A stretch of 64,000 nucleotides of DNA, taken from the NCBI RefSeq assembly GCF_003918875.1, contig NW_025767413.1:2294001-2358000 (forward strand), read 5' to 3'. The notes below the pieces were generated by a model. That model saw only the letters and a program-made list of their open reading frames with translations. It did not search any database and had not been told where the DNA came from. Position 1 is the first letter of the stretch. Every line of letters starts with the position of its first letter. Made by a program: the position numbers and the translations under genes. Source of the stretch: Haliotis rubra (taxonomy: Eukaryota). Below are positions 50,014 to 62,176 of the stretch, in pieces.

Positions 50014-51812
50014 AAACGACACTGGAAGGGCCTCTGGTGAGTATATAATGTACGATGTTGATAATGTTTCCTTAACGACACTGGAAAGGCCTCTGGTGAG
50101 TATATAATGTACGATGTTGATAATGTTTCCTTAACGACACTGGAAGGGCCTCTGGTGAGTATATAATGTACGATGTTGATAATGTTTCCTTAACGACACT
50201 GGAAGGGCCTCTGGTGAGTATATAATGTACGATGTTGATAATGTTTCCTTAACGACACTGGAAGGGCCTCTGGTGAGTATATAATGTACGATGTTGATAA
50301 TGTTTCCTTAACGTTTCCTTAACACTGGAAGGGCCTCTGGTGAGTATATAATGTACGATGTTGATAATGTTTCCTTAACGACACTGGAAGGGCCTCTGGT
50401 GAGTATATAATGTACGATGTTGATAATGTTTCCTTAACGACACTGGAAGGGCCTCTGGTGAGTATATAATGTACGATGTTGATAATGTTTCCTTTAACGA
50501 CACTGGAAGGGCCTCTGGTGAGTATATATATGTTGATAATGTACGATGTTGATGATGTTTCCTTAACGACACTGGAAGGGCCTCTGGTGAGTATATAATG
50601 TACGATGTTGAATATGTTTCCTTGACGACACTGGAAGGGCCTCTGGTGAGTATATAATGTACGATGTTGATAATGTTTCCTTAACGACACTGGAAGGGCC
50701 TCTGGTGAGTATATAATGTACGATGTTGATAATGTTTCCTTAACGACACTGGAAGGGCCTCTGGTGAGTATATAATGTACGATGTTGATAATGTTTCCTT
50801 AACGACACTGGAATGGACACCTCTGGTGAGTATATAATGTACGATGTTGATAATGTTTCCTTAACGACACTGGAAGGGCCTCTGGTGAGTATATAATGTA
50901 CGATGTTGATAATGTTTCCTTAACGACACTGGAAAGGGCCTCTGGTGATGTATATAATGTTTCCTTAACGACACACGATGATAATGATGTTGATAATGTT
51001 TCCTTAACGACACTGGAAGGGCCTCTGGTGAGTATATAATGTACGATGTTGATAATGTTTCCTTAACGACACTGGAAAGGCCTCTGGTGAGTATATAATG
51101 TACGATGTTGATAATGTTTCCTTAACGACACTGGAAGGGCCTCTGGTGAGTATATAATGTACGATGTTGATGATGTTTCCTTAACGACACTGGAAGGGCC
51201 TCTGGTGAGTATATAATGTACGATGTTGATAATGTTTCCTTAACGACACTGGAAGGGCCTCTGGTGAGTATATAATGTACGATGTTGATAATGTTTCCTT
51301 AACGACACTGGAAGGGCCTCTGGTGAGTATATAATGTACGATGCTGATAATGTTTCCTTAACGACACTGGAAAGGCCTCTGGTGAGTATATAATGTACGA
51401 TGTTGATAATGTTTCCTTAACGACACTGGAAAGGCCTCTGGTGAGTATATAATGTACGATGTTGATAATGTTTCCTTAACGACACTGGAAGGACCTCTGG
51501 TGAGTACATAATGTACGATGTTGATAATGTTTCCTTAACGACACTGGAAGGGCCTCTGGTGAGTATATAATGTACGATGTTGATAATGTTTCCTTAACGA
51601 CACTGGAAGGGCCTCTGGTGAGTATATAATGTACGATGTTGATAATGTTTCCTTAACGACACTGGTAGGGCCTCTGGTGAGTATATAGTGTACGATGTTG
51701 ATAATGTTTCCTTAACGACACTGGAAGGGCCTCTGGTGAGTATATAATGTACGATGTTGATAATGTTTCCTTAACGACACTGGAGGGCCTCTGGTGAGTA
51801 TATAATGTGCAA
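50014..51812. repeat. Minisatellite, 59-bp unit (acgacactggaagggcctctggtgagtatataatgtacgatgttgataatgtttcctta)
   Basis: About 30 near-identical units. Confidence 0.97.
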
Positions 51813-52665
51813 TGCAGATAACGTTGATATTGCAGCAGATGGAATGGTTCCCACTTCAGCATAAGCCAACTATCACGCTACAAAATTGTACCCTGTTCAA
51901 TATGCTAAGTGGTCTATTTGTGATTTTTGCATCAAGTGAATGAACTTTTAAAACACTGAAATCATGGTCTGATTATACTGATTCTATTTGTTAACATATA
52001 AACAAATAGGATAAATATGGGATTTAATAGGATCGCAATACTGTAAGCATTCAATTTGAATCCAGTCTGCAACACCTACAGTGTTGGACACATATGTATG
52101 TATATACACGTATAACCTGACCGATAAAATTCGGGCCAAAGTTCATCGAAATATTCATCAGCATTTATAATATTAGTATAGAAAGCAGGAATATACAGGG
52201 GCAGATATCCGATTCGTGCATTTTAAACACGGACGTTTCTGAAAGCAAAACGAATTTTTAACAACACGGACACTAACTTGTGAATTGTAAGTCAAATCAA
52301 AACACAATCAAAATACGTTAAAAATATACGGTTTCTGCAAAACTATCCCCAGGCATCAAGTGTATACTTCCTTTAGTACGTCAGTTTATTATATGGGTTC
52401 TGTGCTAGGTTGGTTCCCTTATACATAGGTTTGTGTCTATTACCTCGTGAACCAGTATATCAAAATATATTGAAATTCATTAATTTTCATTTCTTAGTGG
52501 AATCTTATACACAGAAACAGCGTATGAATTAATTTTGAAGAGTCCCTGGCCAGGAGGGTTAGTTAAGTAAAAATGTTGCTAGAACACATCACACTTCACT
52601 GGCCCTTCAAAATATCAATTTCAAAATGCACATCCATCAGAATTAGTGTGATGTTTGGCAGTTGA

Positions 52666-53309
52666 GTGAGTGAGCGAGTGAGTTAAGATTTAAAGTCACA
52701 TCGGCAATATTTCAGCCGTATCGTGACTAAAACTAGTTCTAAATTCATAATACATACATATAATATATAAAACCCTGTCAGCAAAGGACAGTAAAACCAC
52801 TAGATTATCACAGATTGAGTTAAAACTAGCTTGCATATATCTTTGTAAAAGTACAAAACAATTTTTGGACAATACAATGTAAAAATGGGCTATAGATCGC
52901 CAACAACTGAAGGTAGATCACCATACTAGGAACCATGGGGACTTACATTACTTTTGCTACCTGCATGGATCCTAGCTGGATTTACACCATCCCTTCAGCC
53001 GATGGCGATTGTAGGAAATTTTGCAAACAGTTAAAATAACTAAAATACTACGTTTAAAATGTGATAACTTATATATTACTTTGAAAGTTTGGGGGCTTAC
53101 GTACCCTCTCAGGAGGACAATATTTTTACGCTACTTCAACCCCCTTTGAGTGTACAGCCACGAACAATAATAAACTACCAATAATAAAATATTTAGCTAT
53201 TTACAGATCAGTCAACAAGTCTAATTCTTTTAAAAATTCAACTATTAAATGATAACTAACATTATAAAAAAGGTCCTTCAATTTTTGACATTGAAATACT
53301 TATCCCTTG
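52666..53309 (-). mobile_element. 5'-truncated I-group (Nimb-like) LINE: ORF2 C-terminus + 3' UTR
   Basis: Minus strand TRDKYFNV/LKDLFYNVSYHLIVEFLKELDLLTDL*, resembling the I/Nimb ORF2 end; tail ctgaaatattgccgatgtgactttaaatcttaa(ctca)n; 14-bp TSD tgtttggMagttga (52652-52665/53310-53323). Confidence 0.75.
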
Positions 53310-53601
53310 TGTTTGGAAGTTGAAGATGCTGAGGTATTGACGCCTCTTTCGCGCATCCCTATTAACATCTTTTCTACAGCACCATGCCAAAAGTGTTGCA
53401 AGAAATATGGCTGCCACTGTATTTGAGCTGAGATGGCCGTTAGGTATTTGGATACAATTTTTACACTGTTTACATCAAAAAAATAAATTTTGATATGGGA
53501 ACATATTTTAGGGGTTACTTTTTCACCTAGCACCTACAGGAAGTAGGTGGAGCAGACGACATCCTGTTTACTCTGGAGATGAAATCATGGCTGCTGTCAG
53601 A

Positions 53602-53772
53602 CTGACTGACTGACTGAATTTTGGTTTTACGCCGCTTTTAGCAATATTCCAGCAACATCACGGCGGGGGACACCAGAAATGGGCTTCACAAATTGTACCC
53701 ATGTGGGGATTCGAACCCGGGTCTTCGGCGTGACGAGCCAACGCTTTAACCACTGGGCTACCCCACCGCCCT
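53602..53772 (-). mobile_element. SINE family A inserted in the first codons of the Tc1 transposase
   Basis: 11-bp TSD ctgctgtcaga; removing it restores ATG GCT GCT GTC AGA AGA GAA TTG (MAAVRREL). Confidence 0.93.
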
Positions 53773-54101
53773 CTGCTGTCAGAAGAGAATTGACTACCAG
53801 GTTGAAAGAAAGGTTAATATTTTTGAAACAGAGTGGAGAAAAAAAATTGCAACATTGCTAAGATTTTGGGGATACATGAATCTACTGTCTGTAGAGCCTG
53901 GAAGAAATCTTCTGCCTGCGGTTCAGTAGAAAACAAGGCTAGAAGTGGGAGGCCCAAATTGGCTGACCAGAGAAGTGATCGCCGACTATGTCGTATGGTG
54001 CAAGGTAATCGTAGGCAGTGTTGGATAGATTGGACTCATGAATTCAATAAGGTACACAGCCAAGTATTATCTAAAAGAACTGTTCAAAGAATATTTGGAT
54101 A

Positions 54102-57100
54102 ATGGTTAATAGAATTAAAATTGTCTCAGCAAACTGCAGGGGTCTGGCAGAAAAACAAAACAGACGTGACATTATGAATATATGGAGGAAACGTAAAGCC
54201 TCGATTATATGTTTGCAGGATATCCACATTTCTGAAAAAGATGAAAATATCATTAGAAATGAGTGGGGAATTAATAGCATCATAGCTCCTTTTAGCTCAA
54301 ACTCTAGAGGTGTATACGTAGCAATCCTATTTAACAATGATGTAGAAATAGACATACACAAATACAAGAAAGATGCTAGTGGTAATTATATAATTGTTGA
54401 TACTAGTGTTGATGGTACAAGACTGACTTTAATGAATGTATATGGGCCAAACAAAGATAACCCTGCTTTCTATAACACCCTATTTGGTGCAATTGACGAA
54501 TTTGATAATGAATCGATGGTACTTTGTGGAGACTGGAACCTAGTCATAGATCCTTCAATAGATCTAGAAAACTATAAGCATGTAAATAACCCTAATGCTA
54601 GAAATATAATTATGGAGAAAATTGATGAATTTAATCTTGTTGACATTTGGCGTGACCTCAATATTGATGCCAGGAAGTATACATGGTGGAAAAAGAATCC
54701 AAAGCAGCAAGCTAGACTGGACTTCTTTCTGGTCTCACAAGATATATCAAATGTAACTGTTGATACTGCAATTTTACCAGGATATAAATCGGACCACTCA
54801 GCCATTACTTTAACTTTTCCCTCTGACAATAAGTCAAGAGGGAGGGGCTACTGGAAATTTAACACATCTCTTCTACGAGATCATGAATACGTTAAAATAG
54901 TCAAAAATGAAATTGAGGCAACCAAAAGACAATATGAAATTCATTCTGAAATCTGCGAGATTGATGATATTGATTTAAAGTTAAACATAGATGATTGCCT
55001 ATTTTTGGAAACTTTGTTAATGAATATTAGAGGTAAATCTATCTCGTACAGTTCTTTTGTGAAAAAAAGAAAGAAAGGAAAACACTTTGGAATTAGAATC
55101 TAAAATAAATGATCTAGAAGATACGATACGTGGCAATTTGCAAAACATTGACGAAACCATCCTTGCTGACTTGTCAAAATATAAGTTAGAATTTGAAAAA
55201 ATTAAAGAACAGGAAATTAAAGGATTGCAAAATAGAAATAGGATCCAATGGTATGAGGAAGGAGAAAAAACCAATATTTTTGTAATCTAGAAAACAGAAA
55301 CTTTGTTAGTAAGTCTACCAGTCTTATGTCTGATACAGGGGAAATCATCACTGATGGAAAACGTATATTAGATAAACAAAAGGCCTTTTATCAGGATTTA
55401 TTTTCTGAACAGCAGTGTATCGATGGCCGTGAAGGTGCACAGACGTTATCAGACTTGAACACCCCTGTCCTTCCAAAACTTTTACAAAATGAACTGGAAA
55501 AGCCTATTAATGCCAATGAAATTCTTAAAGCAGTTAAATCAATGCAAAATAACAAGAGTCCAGGCATTGATGGCTATTCAATCGAGTTCTTCAAAAAAAA
55601 TTGGCTGGATTTGGGAAAGTGGATTCTTAGATATATAAATCAATCTTTTGAAAATGATCACTTGACTTTGACTTTGAATAGGGGTGTCATAACTTGCATA
55701 CCTAAACAAGGAAAGGATAGAAATTATTTGAAGAACTGCGCCCTATATCTTTGTTAAATGCCATTTATAAGATTATAAGTAAATTACTTGTATCACTAAT
55801 AGACTGAAAGTTACACTTGACCATCTGATACATGACAATCAAACAGGCTTCATCCCTGGTAGATGTATCAGTGAAAATATAAGACTGTTATATGATATCA
55901 TGTTCGAAACTAGACAACAAAATAAGAATGGCCTTTTACTATGAATTGATTTTGAAAAAGCGTTTGACACAGTTTCAAAAACATTTGTTAGCAAGGTTTT
56001 ACAAAAGTTTGGATTTGGTCCATACATGCTGAAATGGATATCTATCCTAACGAAAAATGCTACCTCCTGCATTATCCAAAATGGACATCTCTCCGAATTC
56101 TTTCCTAATAATAGAGGCTGTAGGCACGGGGACCCGATCTCGCCATATCAATTTTTGTTTGTAGCAGAGATCCTAGGTATCATGATTCGTGCAAATGTAA
56201 GTATTAAGGGTATTATCTTGAATAGCAAGGAATATAAGCTAGGTCAATATGCTGACGACACCCAGTTCTTTTTGGATGGCTCCGGTGTCAGCCTGAAGGC
56301 TGCTATGGATACTCTTTCTCTCTTCTATCGCATGACCGGACTAAACATAAATGTAGACAAGACAAAAGCCCTGTGGATTGGAGCTATGGCTAACAGTAAA
56401 GATATAATATGTAGTGAATATGTCCTGGACTGGCACTCAGGGAACTTTGAGGTTTTGGGTATTGTTTTAAATGCTGATTTGAATGACCTGTGGGTTATCA
56501 ACACCAGGAAAAGGCTAAATCGAACATTCTTGGGAATCGGCGTAAAAGGAAGTTGACTATTACTGGGAAGATAACTGTTATTAAAACCTTGGCTGTATCT
56601 ACTTTAGTACACATTGTTACACCACTCCCTAATCCTCCCAAATGTTTCATGGATGATATTGAGAAAATGTTTTTCACATTTATCTGGAGTGGTAAACCTT
56701 ATAAGATTAAAAGGAGGAATATGAAGAAAGGACTACAGGGAAGAAGGAAACAGGGTGATTGATTTAAAATCTTTTATTGCTGCATTGAAATTAGCCACTA
56801 TTAAGAGGTATTTTAACAATGACGTTAATAACCCTTGCAATGTTCCTATTCATCAACTTGCTCAGATTGGCTCAAACATTGATCAATTCTGCACTGTGCA
56901 CAACCCATATTGGAGAGATGTTCTTCTATCTTGGAAGAGATACAGAAGCCTATTCAAAACTGACGAGAATGATCTGTCTAAAATACTCTCTGAGACCCTC
57001 TGGTTTAATCACCAGTTTGTTGATTCATCCTTTTTTTCTTAAAAGTTGGTTTGAGTATGGAATCACTGAAATTAAAGACCTCTGTAATCCTGCCGGTCTA

Positions 57101-57830
57101 CTTTCTTTTAATGAGTTTAAGAACAGATATCCAGTTAGAGGGACATTTTGTAGACTTTTGAAAAATATCCCTGTCTCAAAGAGACATACAGTCATTAATT
57201 CTATTAATGAGAATCAGAATCTGGGTATTAATGACACAGTGTATGAACTTATTATACCTTCAAAAGGTTGTAGAAGGTTCTATGACAAATTGATTAAAAT
57301 ATGTGAGCTACCTGATGTGTGCAACAAGTGGGAAAGTATGACTCTGATTACATTGCCTTGGAGTATTGTTTTTACAAACTATAGAAAGTGTACTCGGGAT
57401 GTTAAGTTATTGGATTTCCAATGTAGATTCATCCACAAGATTATATATACTGAAAAAGAATTGCTGAAAATGAAATTGATTGACAAAAATATTTGTACAT
57501 TTTGCAAATCAGAACCAGAAGATATTATCCATGTTTTTGTCTCGTGTGAACATGTTCAGATGTTCTGGAGCAAACTAAGGATTTTTATCTAAAACACTTT
57601 TAGCATTGACATTGTATTGTCAGATTTCACACTCCTGTTGGGACTTATCACTGGCTATGATTTTATTAACAACATTATTCTCGCTGGGAAACCATTCATA
57701 TATGTCTCACGTATAAACAACAGACGGCTGCAATTGTCACGATTTCTGAAATCAATACAGCATATTCTATTTGTCGAAAAATACATAGCTAAGAAAAACA
57801 ACAGAATTTATAAATTTCACAGAAAATGGC
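54102..57830 (+). pseudogene. Tx1/L1-clade non-LTR retrotransposon ORF2 (APE endonuclease + RT + zf-RVT), frameshifted
   Basis: SANCRGL, NVYGPN, GDWN, RLDFFL, SDH, GYWKFN; RT NKSPGIDG, DFEKAFD, GCRHGDPISP, QYADD (56245-56259); CTFC..EDIIHVFVSC. Several frameshifts and stops. Confidence 0.95.
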
Positions 57831-57849
57831 CTAATAGCTTTACTTCGAA

Positions 57850-59180
57850 CTTTGAAAATCTGCAAGTCTCTGGGCCAATAAATAATCAGCTCCAACATGC
57901 CTATGACCCATGAGTTTGCGGCTGGAGGTTTGCACTCTGTCTTTCTATACCCATCCTTTCACACTTTGAAATTAGTAACTCTTTCTTGTCAATGATAACC
58001 AAATATCCTATAATAATAATATACCTGATCTTGTACTTTTGGATAAAGCCAATGAATTTATTTATATCATTGAATTTTCTGTCCCGTTTGACAGCAATGT
58101 GATTGGCAAGATTCAGGAAAAGCATACTAAGTATGCGGACCTCGCCTTTGAAATGTCTCGCTTGCATCCCAAGTACACTGTCGTCAGGCTCCCCATTGTT
58201 CTCGGTGCCCTTGGTTTGGTATCTACTGATCTCTTGGCGCAGATCAGGAGAGTGCCCGGGTTCTCCACCGGGAGCACAGCCCTTCTGACACTCTGGGTAA
58301 TGCAGAAGGCTGCAGTGTTGGGGAGCCTTCACATTCTCCGGAAGTTTCTTGGTGCGTTCGACTAGGCATTGTTTCCTGGGAGAAGTCCCATTCGCTGTCT
58401 GGGCTGCGTGTAGAGGGGGCGAGCGCCCTGAGCTGATGATGAGCCTTACCAGCCTGACTGTGCCAGGATCACCCGAACTCTCTCTGCTGCATAGTATCTC
58501 TAATCTGTAAAACATAATAATAGTAATTACTCAACATGTCGGTAACCTATGAGTTTGTCTCTGGAGTCATGTACTCCCTGACTTTTGTACCTATACTTTT
58601 ACTCTCTGAAAATTGGTATCTTGTTGTTGCCAATGTATAACCAGCTCTAACGTGCCTTACCCATGGGGTTTGCAACTGGAGTCGTGTACTCCCTGATTTT
58701 GTATACCTATATTATCACGCTTTGAAAATTTGAACTCTTTGTTGCTGATGTATAACCAGCTTTAACATGCCTGTAACCCATGGAGTCTCTTGCTGGAGTG
58801 GTGCACTCCCTGACTTTGTGTACCTATGTTAGCTCACTTCGAAATTAGTAAATCTTTGTTGCTGATGTATAACCAACTCGAGCATGCCTGTAATCCATGG
58901 AGTCTGTTGCTGGAGTGGTGCACTGCCTGACTTTGTGTACCTATGTTTTCACACTTTGAAATTAGTAAATCTTTGTTGCTGATGTATAACCAACTCGAGC
59001 ATGCCTGTAATCCATGGAGTCTGTTGCTGGAGTGGTGCACTCGCTGACTTTGTGTACCTACATTTTCACACTTTGAAATTAGTAACTCCTTGCTGCTAAT
59101 GTATAACTAGCTAGAGCATGCCTGCAACCCATGAAGTTTGCTGCTGGAGTCATGCACTCCCTGACTTTGTATACTAGTAT
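57850..59180. repeat. Diverged tandem repeat, 117-bp unit (~7 copies), split by the R4-like insert
   Basis: gtgcact at 58801, 58918 and 59035; homologous partial unit at 57880-58003. Confidence 0.88.
58010..58527 (+). mobile_element. 5'-truncated R4/Dong-like RLE non-LTR retrotransposon
   Basis: PDLVLLDK..IIEFSVPFD..EKHTKY..PIVLGALG..MQKAAVLGSLHILRKFL* (PD-(D/E)XK restriction-like endonuclease end); TAA-like repeats at both ends. Confidence 0.88.
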
Positions 59181-60331
59181 CTATATTTGTTTATGTTTGG
59201 AGAAAATCTGATGAGAAGTGGAGACCCGAGTGTCTGAACGCACTGAAGGTACTGGCTCGGATTAGCTGTATGTTTTGGGGGTGCATAACGAAGGAGTGCT
59301 TTGGAACACTTGTACCAGTTGAGGGTACCCTGAACTCACAAAAGTATATTGAAGTCATTGATGAACATTTATGGCCTGTTGTAACCAAAGTGTTTGGAAA
59401 TAATGAATTTATTTTCCAAGATGACCATGCTACACCCCACAGATCAAGACTGACCACTGAGTGGAAAACAGCAAACAACCTCACTACTTTTGTCTGGCCT
59501 GCACAATCTCCAGACCTCAACATTATAGAAAATGTGTGAAAATGTGTCAAACTTAGACTTAAAAAGAAACCGCCAGCCTCAAAACACGCCAGGACCTCAT
59601 AGACTGTGTAACTAAGATCTGGCAAAGCCTGACCCCAGTGTATATATCTAGTTTATACCAGTCAATTCCACTGAGATTAAGAAGTGTAGGGATTCAGAGA
59701 GGTTATATCACCAAATACTAGTCAAAACAAGGTTAGAAAAAAAATATTTTAAAGTCGTATTCATTGCTTGAAAATTTCAGGTGAGAACCTCTCTTTAGAG
59801 CGGCCGCCATTTTTCTTGCAACGCTTTTGTCACGGTGCTGCATTTAGCGATTTCCTTTGTGACAAGAGGAAAATATATCTACCTTTGCGGATAGACTTTA
59901 ACACCTTAATAATTGACTTCATTATATTCATGAGCATTAAATAAAGAACAAATTATCCGTGATTTTTAGCTGGCGAGTTGGGATCGCTTTAGCAATATAT
60001 TATTGGTCTGATTCACAATCAGCTAGCATTTGCTAGCGGGCCAGTAGCTATTTCGAACGCTGCGCAGAAACATAAAATACAGAAGCTGGTGGAATTCCCT
60101 GTCAGCAAGACATATAAACCGACTGCCCTTTCGACAGTGCCATTTAATGACTGTCATCGTGTTTCGTATGTCTGACCCTTCCTGGAGAAGTATCATCTCT
60201 ATTCTATGATGATTATTTGTACATCTGGCAGTTGTTTCTTAGAAGCTGTTTACACGTTGTTCGAAATAGCATTATCTAGCCTTGCATTACCACATGGAAA
60301 AGGCTGCGTTATCAACGATGATTCAGTTGTT

Positions 60332-61425
60332 TGATACAGTGTTGGTACGTTATGAACAATGATACATTTTTATGGTACAGTGGGGCTACGTTTTGCACAA
60401 TGCTACAATTTTATAGTTCAGTGTTGGTACGTTTTGAACAATGATACAGTTTGATGGTACAGTGTTGGTACGTTATGAAGAATGATACAGTTATATGGTA
60501 CAGTGTTGGTACGTTATAAAGAATGATACAGTTATATGGTACAATGTTGGTACGTTATGAAGAATGATACAGTTATATGGTACAGTGTTGGTACGTTATG
60601 AAGAATGATACAGTTATGTGGTACAGTGTTGGTACGTTATGAAGAATGATACAGTTATATGGTACAGTGTTGGTACGTTATGAAGAATAATACAGTTTTA
60701 TGGTACAGTGTTGGTACGTTATGAAGAATGATACAGTTATATCGTAAAGTGTTGGTACGTTATGAAGAATGATACAGTTATATGGTACAGTGTTGGTACG
60801 TTATGAAGAATGGTACAGTTATATGGTACAGTGTTGGTACGTTATGAAGAATGATACAGTTATATGGTACAGTGTTGGTACGTTATGAAGAATAATACAG
60901 TTTTATGGTACAGTGTTGGTACGTTATGAAGAATGATATAGTTATATGGTACAGTGTTGGTACGTTATAAAGAATGATACAGTTATATGGTACAATGTTG
61001 GTACGTTATGAAGAATGATACAGTTATATGGTACAGTGTTGGTACGTTATGAACAATGATACAGTTTGATGGTACAGTGTTGGTACGTTATGAAGAATGA
61101 TACAGTTATATGGTACAGTGTTGGTACGTTATGAAGAATGATACAGTTATATGGTACAGTGTTGGTACGTTATGAAGAATGATACAGTTATATGGTACAG
61201 TGTTGGTACGTTATGAAGAATGATACAGTTATATGGTACAGTGTTGGTACGTTATGAAGAATGATACAGTTATATGGTACAGTGTTGGTACGTTATGAAG
61301 AATGATACAGTTATATGGTACAGTGTTGGTACGTTATGAAGATATGGTACATACGTTATGAAGAATGATACAGTTATATGGTACAGTGTTGGTACGTTAT
61401 GAAGAATGATACAGTTATATGGTTT
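60332..61425. repeat. Minisatellite, 41-bp unit (gtacagtgttggtacgttatgaagaatgatacagttatatg)
   Basis: About 26 units. Confidence 0.97.
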
Positions 61426-62060
61426 AGTGGGTCTACATTGTGAACAATGAAACAGTTTAATTTTATTGTGTGAAATTTGTAGATGGGGATCGAAATGAAT
61501 ATTATTTCAATTAACACTTATTATGAATAAGATTTAATCACATACAATATACAATGTACATTAGTATACGTGTACGAGCACACGTGCCAGTGTACTGAGC
61601 ACAAGTGATTGAGTTTGCAAGGATGTACCTTTTCGCAAAGTGTTCAAAGGGTGTGCACACATGCTTAGATATGACATTTTGAAGGTACTTATACCTGGAG
61701 TAATTACATTCATAATTACATTCACACGCATACGAACACATACATGCTTTAACGACATTTAATTAACAGTAAGGAAATAGTTTTATACATTTGCCTGTTG
61801 GTGGAACAGTTTTGGATGCAGTATATCGACATTCAATGAACATGCACACGTATGCATGCATGCATAAAACTGATATAGTTGTTTTTTTAAAAATCTGCTC
61901 ACGCTATCATCAACACCAACATTTATTGATGTATTTGTATTTAATGCTGATTAACATCATTGTTAATGCGTCTTCATTTTTCTCATTCACTCTGGAAGAC
62001 GATGCTGGATACTACTTGAAACTGAGTTGGTAAGGACTGTCTTAAAGGACATTTTGAGGA

Positions 62061-62176
62061 GGGGTAGCCTTGCAGTTGAAGCTCTCGCTCGTTACCATCC
62101 CTCGCCATTCCGTACAATGTAGGAATTCTATTCCTGCTATGCCCTCTGGAATATTGCTAAGTTCGGTGTAAAGCCA
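62061..62176 (+). mobile_element. Highly decayed SINE family A remnant
   Basis: ggggtagcctt..gttgaagc head and ctggaatattgctaag..ggtgtaaagc tail. Confidence 0.5.

Larger units (their letters stand above)
53377..59840 (+). mobile_element. Tc1-family (DD34E) transposon interrupted by nested insertions
   Basis: TA|cagcaccatgccaaaagtgttgcaagaaa..tggc and gccatttttcttgcaacgcttttgtcacggtgctg|CA TIRs. Transposase N-part (IAKILGIHESTVCR, RSGRPKL) at 53587-54097; C-part (VWRK, MFWG, FQDDHATPH, WPAQSPDLNIIENV) at 59190-59720. Confidence 0.92.

Noticed and set aside
50014-51812. CRISPR array (also 23121-24100 and 60332-61425)
   Set aside because: Head-to-tail identical units without unique spacers, no cas genes, eukaryotic context.
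54102-58365. Dual-endonuclease (APE+RLE, Dualen-like) retrotransposon
   Set aside because: The RLE fragment is separated from the Tx1 ORF2 by tandem repeat, splits that repeat, and has an independent copy at 17622-18225. It is a nested insertion.
58430-58480. Hammerhead ribozyme at CTGATGA in the R4-like 3' UTR
   Set aside because: No stem II closed by GAAA and no stem III.
58834-59040. 39-aa repeat protein from the 117-bp array
   Set aside because: The frame is not maintained in neighbouring units and has no recognisable domain.
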